Assembly (NCBI GenBank): GCA_963759175.1
Contig: CAVWXP010000008.1
Coordinates: 10,050 to 74,049 of the forward strand
Direction of reading: 5' to 3'
From: an uncultured Acidimicrobiia bacterium
GTDB lineage: Bacteria; Actinomycetota; Acidimicrobiia; Spongiisociales; UBA5794
DNA: 64,000 bases
In this document: piece by piece, positions 56,142 through 64,000 of the stretch
Numbering within the stretch: the stretch's first letter is position 1
How the letters are laid out: every line of letters begins with the position of its first letter
Translations under genes and position numbers: made by a program
The notes under the pieces: model-generated
Database searches by the model: none
Told to the model about the DNA's origin: nothing
The model's input: the letters and a program-made list of their open reading frames with translations, nothing else

Positions 56142-57932
56142 CTAGCGACCGGGCTGCGATGCGCCCACGCCCGATGGAACGAGCGTGGCCGGGACCCACC
56201 CCCGGACCGAATTGAACACGGCCAGTGCTGGCGCCTCGACGACATCACGAACCGACACCGATCGCTCGACCAGTTGGCCGGACTCGATGAGGTGACGGCG
56301 CATGATGCCCGGGAGGAGACCATCCGACACCGGGGGCGTGACCCACCCTCCGGCTACGGCGACGGCCAGGTTCGCGATGGTGGACTCGGTCACCATGCCG
56401 CGATCGTTCGTCAACAGGACGTCGTCCCATTCCCGGTGGCGCTGTGCACGCTGGTCGTACAGCGATCGGTCAACGGTCTTGTGGAACAACCGGAGGTCCG
56501 ACGGATCGACCGGATCGAAGTCGATGCCGAGCCTCACGATGTCACCGTCGGGACCGGGTCCGGTCGAGAACCGAGCGGGGGCTTCCTCCGCCGTGAACGA
56601 CGGTGGTCCCGATCGCTCCACGGCGACACGCACGCGCATCGGCCCGTCGAACCCTGCCGCCACCTCGTCGAGGCCACGACGGATCGCCGCCTCGTCGAAG
56701 GGCAGGGCGAAACGGGAACAGGATGCTGCAAGGCGTCCCACGTGCTCGTCGAGCCAGACCCACGATCCATCCCAACGCGCCGTGGTGAAGACTCCGGGGA
56801 CCATGGCGTCGGCGGCGAGCACATTCGCCTTCGTCAGAGCCTCCTCGTACTCGGTGTGCACGTCGGACCCCCAGGTGATGCCGCCGCCCACCCCGTAGCA
56901 ACCGACGCCCTCCGATGTGTCCAGGACGACGGTGCGGATCGCAACGTTGAACGATGCCCCGTCGAGGCCGTCCCCCGGGGGGATGAACCCGATCGCTCCG
57001 CAGTACACGCCGCGGGCCCGGGGCTCGAGTCGCTCGATGATCTCCATGGAGCGCGCCTTCGGGGCTCCGGTCACCGAACCGCAAGGGAACAGGGCCGAGA
57101 ACACATCGATGAGCGAGACATCGCTACGGAGGTTGGCCGACACCTGGGATGTCATCTGCCACACCGTTCGGTAGCCCTCGATGGCGAAGAGCTCCTCCAC
57201 CTCGACGGACCCGAACTCGGCGATCCTCCCGAGGTCGTTGCGGATGAGGTCGACGATCATGAGGTTCTCGGCCCGGTCCTTGTCTGATGCTCCGAGATCC
57301 GAACGCAACCGATCATCCTCGCCGTCCCATCGTCCCCGGGGCCTGGTGCCCTTCATCGGACGTGTGGTGATCGAGCCGCCGTCGACGGCGAAGAACCGCT
57401 CGGGCGACACCGAGAGCACCGCGAGGTCGTCATGCGCGACGTGGCATGCGAACCCAGCCTCCTGTGCCTCGAGCAGGTCCTCGTACAACGCTCCGGGATC
57501 TCCGGAGAAGGCGGCCCGTAGGGGGAACGTCAGGTTCACCTGATAGGTGTCGCCGAGGCGGATGTGGTCCCGAACGGTCGCGAAGGCGTCCTCGTACGCG
57601 GGGCGGTCCACCATCGGGCGCCAACGTGACATGTCATACCGACCTGCGATGGGCCGGTCGGTCCGTCTGGTCACGACGTGCCGACCGGCGAACGCCCCGA
57701 ACCAGGCATAGGGGACGTCGGGACGGTGACTCGCAGCGAGCGCCGGGTCGAACGCCGGGGCGGCGTCGTAGCTGACGTAGCCGGCGACCCAGCGTCCTTC
57801 GCGGGACTGGCGTTGTGCCCACTCCAGAGCGGAGGTGACGTCGGCGAGTTCGTGCGCCGTGTAGCTCCCGACCGGATCGGACAGGGCGAAGGACGTGCCC
57901 CGGGCGAGGTCGTCGAAGCGGGCGATCGGCAT
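56142..57932 (-). CDS. pabB: bifunctional aminodeoxychorismate synthase component I / aminodeoxychorismate lyase (PabB-PabC fusion)
   Basis: Chorismate-binding domain (PMKGTRPRG, GAIGF) followed by a class-IV aminotransferase-like domain. Confidence 0.8.
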   Translation of the reverse strand: MPIARFDDLARGTSFALSDPVGSYTAHELADVTSALEWAQRQSREGRWVAGYVSYDAAPAFDPALAASHRPDVPYAWFGAFAGRHVVTRRTDRPIAGRYDMSRWRPMVDRPAYEDAFATVRDHIRLGDTYQVNLTFPLRAAFSGDPGALYEDLLEAQEAGFACHVAHDDLAVLSVSPERFFAVDGGSITTRPMKGTRPRGRWDGEDDRLRSDLGASDKDRAENLMIVDLIRNDLGRIAEFGSVEVEELFAIEGYRTVWQMTSQVSANLRSDVSLIDVFSALFPCGSVTGAPKARSMEIIERLEPRARGVYCGAIGFIPPGDGLDGASFNVAIRTVVLDTSEGVGCYGVGGGITWGSDVHTEYEEALTKANVLAADAMVPGVFTTARWDGSWVWLDEHVGRLAASCSRFALPFDEAAIRRGLDEVAAGFDGPMRVRVAVERSGPPSFTAEEAPARFSTGPGPDGDIVRLGIDFDPVDPSDLRLFHKTVDRSLYDQRAQRHREWDDVLLTNDRGMVTESTIANLAVAVAGGWVTPPVSDGLLPGIMRRHLIESGQLVERSVSVRDVVEAPALAVFNSVRGWVPATLVPSGVGASQPGR

Positions 57933-58003
57933 GCGACGAAGGCTACGCGCCGATTCGGCCCAACGCGTATGCTGGCGGTCCCGGACGCGGAGGTTCCGAA
58001 GCG

Positions 58004-59614
58004 ATGCACATGCAGGACGACTTCCCTCTTCTCCTGAGCACCCTCTACGACAACGCCGTGTGGCAGTACGGGCGTCAGGAGATCGTCTCGGTCGAAGCCG
58101 ACCTCAGTATCCACAGGACGACGTATGCGGCCACCGACGACCGCATCCGCCGGCTCGCCACGGCCCTCGGGACCAAGCTCGGAACGGAGGCCGGCGACGC
58201 CATCGGCACGTTTGCATGGAACAACCACCGGCACCACGAGCTCTACTGGGCTACCGCCAACACCGGTCGGGTGTGCCACACCCTGAACATCCGGCTGTTC
58301 CCGGAGCAACTCGTGTACATCGTCAACCACGCCGAGGACCGGGCGATCTTCGTCGATCCCGACCTCGCTCCCGTCCTTGCGCCCCTCATCGATCAGTTCA
58401 CGTCGGTCGAGCACGTGGTCGTGATGGGAGCGGATGCCTCGGCCATTCCCGGAGCGATCGCCTACGAAGACCTGATCGCCGACGTGCCACCCATCGCGTC
58501 ATGGCCCATCCTCGACGAGCGGAGCCCGATGATGTTCTGCTACACGTCTGGGACGACAGGCAATCCCAAAGGGGTGGCATACACGCAGCGATCGACCTAC
58601 CTGCACACGATCTCGAACCTCGCGGCCAACCCGGTTGGCGCCGATGACAACGTCCTGCCGGTGGTGCCGATGTTCCATGCCGCGGCGTGGGGATATCCGT
58701 TCATGGCGGTCACCGTCGGGGCCAAACTGACCTATCCGGGTCCCGACCTGTCGGGAGAGGGCATCACGAACCTGTTCGTCGATGAGCGGGTCACGTTCTC
58801 GGCGGGGGTCCCAACGGTGTGGCTGGGTATCCAGCACCATCTCGAAGCGAACCCCGGCATCGACCTGTCCCATGTCCGGGCACTGTTCTGCGGCGGATCC
58901 GCCGTGCCGCGAGCCATGATCGATTGGTTCGAGCGCAACACCGGTGTTCGGGTCGTCCAGGGGTGGGGCATGACCGAGATCAATCCGATCGCGTCGGCGG
59001 CGACGGTCAAACCCTGGATGGCCGACTGGCCGTGGGAGGACCAGCTCGATGTGCTCGAGACGGCCGGGCGGCCCATACCCGGCCTCCAGGTGAAGATCGT
59101 GGACGAGTTGAACGAGCCACTTCCCCACGATGGTGAGGCATTCGGTGAGCTCCTGATCCGTGGGCCCTGGGTCACCGCCGAGTACTACCGGGATCCTCGT
59201 TCGGCCCAATCCTTCGAGGACGGATGGCTGAGGACCGGCGACGTGTGCAAGATCACGCCCGACGGCTACATACGCATCACCGATCGGGCCAAGGACGTGA
59301 TCAAATCGGGTGGCGAATGGATCTCGTCACTCGATGTCGAGAATGCGATCATGGCCCACCCCGATGTCGCTGAAGCCACAGTGGTGGGTCTCGAGCACGC
59401 CAAGTGGCAGGAGCGACCGGCTGCCTTCATCGTCCCGAAACCCGGCAGCGCCATCACGCCGGAATCCGTCCGCGAGTTCCTCGCACCGCGCATCGCCCAT
59501 TGGTGGATGCCGGATGAGATCGTGTTCATCGATGCCATCCCCAAGACGGGCACCGGCAAGTTCGACAAGAAGGTCGTGCGTGAGCGCTACGCCGACCTGC
59601 TCCTCGAAACCTGA
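58004..59614 (+). CDS. AMP-dependent synthetase / long-chain fatty acyl-CoA ligase
   Basis: MFCYTSGTTGNPKGV AMP-binding motif. About 535 aa. Confidence 0.85.
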   Translation: MHMQDDFPLLLSTLYDNAVWQYGRQEIVSVEADLSIHRTTYAATDDRIRRLATALGTKLGTEAGDAIGTFAWNNHRHHELYWATANTGRVCHTLNIRLFPEQLVYIVNHAEDRAIFVDPDLAPVLAPLIDQFTSVEHVVVMGADASAIPGAIAYEDLIADVPPIASWPILDERSPMMFCYTSGTTGNPKGVAYTQRSTYLHTISNLAANPVGADDNVLPVVPMFHAAAWGYPFMAVTVGAKLTYPGPDLSGEGITNLFVDERVTFSAGVPTVWLGIQHHLEANPGIDLSHVRALFCGGSAVPRAMIDWFERNTGVRVVQGWGMTEINPIASAATVKPWMADWPWEDQLDVLETAGRPIPGLQVKIVDELNEPLPHDGEAFGELLIRGPWVTAEYYRDPRSAQSFEDGWLRTGDVCKITPDGYIRITDRAKDVIKSGGEWISSLDVENAIMAHPDVAEATVVGLEHAKWQERPAAFIVPKPGSAITPESVREFLAPRIAHWWMPDEIVFIDAIPKTGTGKFDKKVVRERYADLLLET

Positions 59615-59694
59615 GACCGTCGGGGCCCGCGACGATCTGCCCGTGCCGGCCCCGGCTCGGCGTGCTCGTGCATGGGTCCTGTGTTCAACCCTCG

Positions 59695-59979
59695 TCAGCC
59701 CATCGGGTAGTAGGTGGGAACGTCCTCGACCCATGTGCTCGCGTCGCACGACGGACACCGGTATTCGACCTCGACGGCGGTCCAACCCGACCATTCCCCG
59801 GTGGTCATCGAGCGCACCGCGCCGGTCCGGACGAAGTGCCGCTGCTTGGCGACCTGCCCGCAGCTGCCGCAGGCGAGCGGTGGCGAGCACAGGTCGGCGA
59901 TCGCCTCGAACAACCGATGCATCGGTCCGTGATGCGCGGGACCCTGACGGGATGGAGCCGTTCCGTGCCTCGTCTCCAT
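59695..59979 (-). CDS. small Cys-rich (zinc-ribbon-like) hypothetical protein
   Basis: CGSCGQ ... YRCPSCD Cys pairs; weak. Confidence 0.3.
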   Translation of the reverse strand: METRHGTAPSRQGPAHHGPMHRLFEAIADLCSPPLACGSCGQVAKQRHFVRTGAVRSMTTGEWSGWTAVEVEYRCPSCDASTWVEDVPTYYPMG

Positions 59980-60123
59980 GACACACCTCCTCCTCATGAT
60001 CTCGCACCCACCGACCGGGTTCAAGGAGATCCGCGTCGGATCGTCGCCTGTCGATGCGAAGCCCCTCCATGACGAAGAGCGCCGTTTTCACGACGCTCCT
60101 CTCTGGCTCGGACCGGCGACGTC

Positions 60124-62373
60124 CTAACCGAGTACCTGCTCCAGCTCATCCTCCGATATGAGGACCGCACGGGCCTTGGAACCCTCTGAGGGCCCCACGA
60201 CACCCTTCGACTCGAGGATGTCCATCACGCGTCCGGCACGGGCAAACCCGATGCGGAGCTTGCGCTGGAGCATCGAGGTCGACCCCAGCTGCGATCTCAC
60301 GACCAACTCGATGGCCTCGCGCATGATCTCGGGATCCTCACCATCGAACTCCTCGACATCCGCTGCCTTCTGGTGGGCCTGCTCGAAGACCTCCGAGTCC
60401 CGGTACTGGGCGTCGCGCTGCTCGCGAACCCAATCGACGACGGCATGGATCTCGGGCTCGGACACGAATGATCCCTGGATACGTTCCGGCTTGGGGTCGC
60501 GGGCGGTCACGACGAGCATGTCCCCGAGGCCGACGAGTTTGTCAGCCCCTCCCTGGTCGATGATCACGCGGCTGTCGGTCTGGGACGCGACCGAGAAGGC
60601 GAGGCGTGATGGCACGTTCGCCTTGATCACGCCCGTGATCACGTTGACCGATGGTCGCTGCGTGGCGAGCACGAGGTGGATGCCCACGGCACGTGCCATC
60701 TGTGCGATCCGGACGATGGAGTCCTCGACCACCCTGCCCGCCACCATCATCAGGTCGTTCAACTCATCCACGACGATCACGATGTAGGGGAATCGATCGA
60801 ACATCTCCTCGTCGAGACCACCCGCGTCGTACTGCTCACGGAACGAGTCGATGTCCCTGACCCCGGCGTCGGCGAGGAGGTCGTAGCGCCGATCCATCTC
60901 CGCGACCGCCCATTGCAGGGCATCGGCGGCCTTCTTCGGGTTCGTGATGACCCTGGTGAGGAGATGGGGGGCGTCGTTGTACTGGCCCAGTTCGACGCGC
61001 TTGGGATCCACGAGGATCAGGCGTACCTCCTCGGGCGTCGAACGCATGAGGATCGATGTGAGCAGTGAGTTGATGCACGAGGACTTGCCTGCGCCTGTCG
61101 CTCCGGCGATGAGCACGTGGGGCAGCTCGGTGAGTCGGAGGAAGCGCGGGGTGCCTGACACGTCCACGCCGAGGCTCACCAGCATGGGATCGTGGTCGGC
61201 CTGCGCCTCGTCGGACGTGAGCACGTCGCCGATCGTCACGAGGTGGCGCTTGCGGTTCGGGACCTCGACGCCGATGGCCGACTTGCCCGGGATCGGCGCG
61301 AGTATGCGGACATCGGCAGCAGCGAGCGCGTAGGCGATGTCGTTGCTCAGGTTCGTGACCTTGTTGACCTTCACTCCCGGTGCGAGCTCGATCTCGTAAC
61401 GGGTCACGGTGGGACCGGGAACGATCCGCACGAGGCGGGCATCGACACCGTGCTGGAGGAGCGCCTCCTCGAGTGCTTCACCGGTCTCCTTGAGACCACG
61501 GCCGTCATGACCTTTGGCGCCGCTCAGCTTGAGGATGTCGAGCGGGGGCAGCTCGTATCCCTCACGCGTGGGCGGCGCCGATACCTTGGGCTTGGTGCGC
61601 TTCTTGGGCGCAGGAGGGGCGACGACGTCGGCCTCGGTGGCGTACTCCTCGGGGAGGAGGTCGTTCGGCACATCGGCCGGGCCGGACTCGCGCAGGTCCA
61701 CGACCACCTCGGTGGCGGGTTCGACATCGTTGGTGCGGCCACCCGCCACGGCTCCCCAGGTCGTTCGGACGGATGCCGCGAGCGATCGCAGCACGTCGCC
61801 GAGCGATGCCCGCGTCACGAGGAGCGCTCCCACGCCGATGATCGCCACGAGCACGACGAAGGCTCCCCAGTAGCCGATGAGCCGCTCGAGCGGGAAGGCG
61901 ATGATCGAACCGACGGCGCCACCGTTCTCGCTGACGCTCTCCTGACCGCCTGCCAACGGGACATTGCCGGTCATGAGGTGGAAGAGGGCGACCGAACCGA
62001 GGAACAGGACGGCGACCCCGCTGAGCGTGCGTGTGCTGTCGTCCTTGTTGATGACCCCGATCATGGCGAGGCCGGCGAACATGAGCGCGAGCGGGACGAC
62101 GAAGGCCCACATGCCGACCAGGAATCGGATGCTCGCCGAACTCGAGGTGCCGATCGGACCCGAGAGGTCGAAGAACGACAGGAACACGAGGGCTCCCGCC
62201 ACGATGAGGACGACGCCCCACACATCGGACTTGTGGTGGCCGAGATGATCGCCGATGCGTGTCGGAACCGCCCGTAGCGCTTGGGCTGTCCGCTTGATCA
62301 ACGATGGTTTCTTCTGTTTGCGCTTCGCAGCACTCCGCCCCGTGGCCCGACCGCTCGAGGTCTTCGTTGCCAT
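60124..62373 (-). CDS. ftsK: DNA translocase FtsK/SpoIIIE
   Basis: N-terminal four-TM region, linker, motor domain with AGATGAGKS Walker A and a C-terminal gamma (winged helix) domain. Confidence 0.9.
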   Translation of the reverse strand: MATKTSSGRATGRSAAKRKQKKPSLIKRTAQALRAVPTRIGDHLGHHKSDVWGVVLIVAGALVFLSFFDLSGPIGTSSSASIRFLVGMWAFVVPLALMFAGLAMIGVINKDDSTRTLSGVAVLFLGSVALFHLMTGNVPLAGGQESVSENGGAVGSIIAFPLERLIGYWGAFVVLVAIIGVGALLVTRASLGDVLRSLAASVRTTWGAVAGGRTNDVEPATEVVVDLRESGPADVPNDLLPEEYATEADVVAPPAPKKRTKPKVSAPPTREGYELPPLDILKLSGAKGHDGRGLKETGEALEEALLQHGVDARLVRIVPGPTVTRYEIELAPGVKVNKVTNLSNDIAYALAAADVRILAPIPGKSAIGVEVPNRKRHLVTIGDVLTSDEAQADHDPMLVSLGVDVSGTPRFLRLTELPHVLIAGATGAGKSSCINSLLTSILMRSTPEEVRLILVDPKRVELGQYNDAPHLLTRVITNPKKAADALQWAVAEMDRRYDLLADAGVRDIDSFREQYDAGGLDEEMFDRFPYIVIVVDELNDLMMVAGRVVEDSIVRIAQMARAVGIHLVLATQRPSVNVITGVIKANVPSRLAFSVASQTDSRVIIDQGGADKLVGLGDMLVVTARDPKPERIQGSFVSEPEIHAVVDWVREQRDAQYRDSEVFEQAHQKAADVEEFDGEDPEIMREAIELVVRSQLGSTSMLQRKLRIGFARAGRVMDILESKGVVGPSEGSKARAVLISEDELEQVLG

Positions 62374-62464
62374 GGGACACCAACTGTACCCAACGTCGTC
62401 GCTACATCCAACCACCCTTCGCGCGATCGTCCGCGCGGAGAGTTACACACCTGTGATTTCCCGC

Positions 62465-63508
62465 TCAGGGCACCGATGCGAGGCGGGTCCGATTCGGTCC
62501 GAACACGTGGAACCGGCGCGTCCAGAGTTCGACGGTGTCCCCGACCGACGGGTAGCCGTCCCGGGTGCGCACGATGGCCGGGTCGCCGGCGAGGTCGACG
62601 TGCACGAAGCCATGGTCGCCGTGGTGCTCGACCGACACCACCGTCGCGTTGAGGCCTGCCATGGGAACGATCTCCCAGTCCTCGGGCCGGACACCGACGG
62701 TGACGTCCAGAGACTCGAGCGGCTTCGGCATGGGAAGGGCGCCGGATGCGAGGACGATCTCGCGCTCGCCCACCCGACCAGGGAGCATCGACATCGGCGG
62801 GCTCCCCACGAACGATGCAACGAAGGCGTTGGCGGGCCGGTGGTAGATGTCATGGGGGGTCCCCAGTTGCACGACCCGGCCGCGATCGATCACGAGGATG
62901 CGGTCACCGAGGGCCATCGCCTCGATGGGATCGTTCGTGGCGTACATGGCCGTCACGTCATATCCGCGTTGCAGGAGCCGGATCTCGGATCGCATGTCCT
63001 GGCGCAGGACCGGATCGACACGGGCGAGCGGTTCGTCGAGGAGGAAGACCGATGGCCTGCGCACGAGCGCCCTTGCGGCCTGCACGAGCTGTTGGTGGCC
63101 TGCCGCGAGTTTGTTTGGCATGCGTTGGAGGAACCGCTCGATGGTCATGGCACGCGACTCTGCCCCGACCCGGCGATCGATCTCGTCGCGATGGACACCA
63201 TGCACCTCGAGGGGGAACGCCACGTTGTCCCGGACGGAACGGAACGGGATCAGCGCGTTGTCCTGGAACACCATCGCGACGTCGCGCCTGGCCGGGGGCG
63301 TCTCGGTGACGACGACACCGCCGAAGAGGACGTCGCCTCGCGTCGGCATGTCGAGGCCCGCCACCAAGCGCAACAGGGATGTCTTGCCGCTGCCGGAGGG
63401 TCCGATCACCGCCAACATCTCACCGTCGTCGATCGTGACCGACACATTGTGGAGTATCTCGACGCCGGACCGCTCGAGGGTGACACCGTCGAGCACGATG
63501 TTCGCCAT
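62465..63508 (-). CDS. ABC transporter ATP-binding protein (MalK/PotA-like importer ATPase)
   Basis: GPSGSGKTSLL Walker A, LSGGQ-like signature region, Walker B LLDEP, C-terminal TOBE-like domain. Confidence 0.85.
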   Translation of the reverse strand: MANIVLDGVTLERSGVEILHNVSVTIDDGEMLAVIGPSGSGKTSLLRLVAGLDMPTRGDVLFGGVVVTETPPARRDVAMVFQDNALIPFRSVRDNVAFPLEVHGVHRDEIDRRVGAESRAMTIERFLQRMPNKLAAGHQQLVQAARALVRRPSVFLLDEPLARVDPVLRQDMRSEIRLLQRGYDVTAMYATNDPIEAMALGDRILVIDRGRVVQLGTPHDIYHRPANAFVASFVGSPPMSMLPGRVGEREIVLASGALPMPKPLESLDVTVGVRPEDWEIVPMAGLNATVVSVEHHGDHGFVHVDLAGDPAIVRTRDGYPSVGDTVELWTRRFHVFGPNRTRLASVP

Positions 63509-63547
63509 GACGTGAGCGTACCGTCCCCGATCTACCCGTTCGGGTGA

Positions 63548-64000
63548 TCAGATCTCGATGACCACCGGGAGGACGACGGGGCGACGCTTCACGGAGCTCT
63601 TGACGGCCCTCGTGGCGGTATTGCGCACCCGACGGCGGAGGGTGTCCGGATCGATCGGATGATCGAGGCTGGCGACCGAGGCACGGACCCGTTCCGCGAC
63701 CACGGCATGGAGGTCCTCGTCATCGGACGTGACACCGTGCGAGTCGACATCGGGTCCGATGAGGATCTCGCCGGTGCTGAAATTGACGCCGATCGTCACG
63801 ATGAGCACACCGTCATCGGCGAGGTGCCTGCGGTCGCGGATGATCGTGTCGGCGTCGCCGACCTCGGCCCCGTCGACGTAGACGTATCCGCCGGGGATGG
63901 CGCCGCGTTCGACCGTGAGCTGCCCGTTCTCGAGGACCACGACGTCGCCGTCCTCGCAGATCTCGACCTCGGGGATCTGCATGGCACGCCCGAGGGCCGC
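63548..64000 (-). CDS. rnj: ribonuclease J, C-terminal portion (gene continues beyond window end)
   Basis: The C-terminal domain pattern of RNase J (...GEILIGPDVDSHGV...). The frame is open to the window edge. Confidence 0.55.
   Translation of the reverse strand, partial: AALGRAMQIPEVEICEDGDVVVLENGQLTVERGAIPGGYVYVDGAEVGDADTIIRDRRHLADDGVLIVTIGVNFSTGEILIGPDVDSHGVTSDDEDLHAVVAERVRASVASLDHPIDPDTLRRRVRNTATRAVKSSVKRRPVVLPVVIEI

Overview
This 64 kb window is high-GC (roughly two-thirds G+C) bacterial chromosome with Actinobacteria-like features. These include the TCGAAC-N4-GTTCGA LexA box type, the nrdR/lexA/LysM arrangement and a tRNA Val-Cys-Gly cluster.

The right half (about 40-64 kb) is a conserved housekeeping block on the minus strand: dut, nrdR, lexA, dapF, miaA, miaB, rny, recA, thpR, cinA, rimO, a PHP histidinol-phosphatase, pabBC, fadD-like, ftsK, an ABC ATPase and the start of RNase J.

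The left 6.3 kb looks like the integrase-proximal end of an integrated element. It sits next to tRNA-Val(CAC) and carries a tyrosine integrase, a SEC-C-motif protein, an IS481 transposase remnant, a TlpA-like thioredoxin and a matrixin-like metalloprotease. Its other boundary lies outside the window.

The middle (about 6.4-38 kb) is accessory-like. It encodes FGE, PlsC-like, PlsB and NfuA, a nitronate monooxygenase, a cydAB locus whose cydA lacks its 5' two-thirds, a Fer4-CDGSH protein, a GH13 alpha-glucosidase and a secreted M15 peptidase with FG-GAP repeats. It also carries an NAD(P)H:quinone oxidoreductase, two SulP transporters, two DUF1269-like proteins, a large LAL/LuxR regulator, an AI-2E transporter, a minimal K+ channel, an anSME radical-SAM maturase and an MBL hydrolase.

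The most interesting signal is a recurring palindrome, CACCCG-N3-CGGGTG with a promoter-proximal ATG flank. It occurs five times, always 50-100 bp upstream of DUF1269, SulP, LAL-regulator/AI-2E and lipoprotein genes, which suggests an undescribed regulon.

Three caveats apply. At least seven genes carry single-base frameshifts, some at G/C homopolymers, so many apparent pseudogenes may be sequencing artefacts. All homology calls are from memory of motifs; no database search was run. Boundaries of start codons, especially GTG starts, are approximate.
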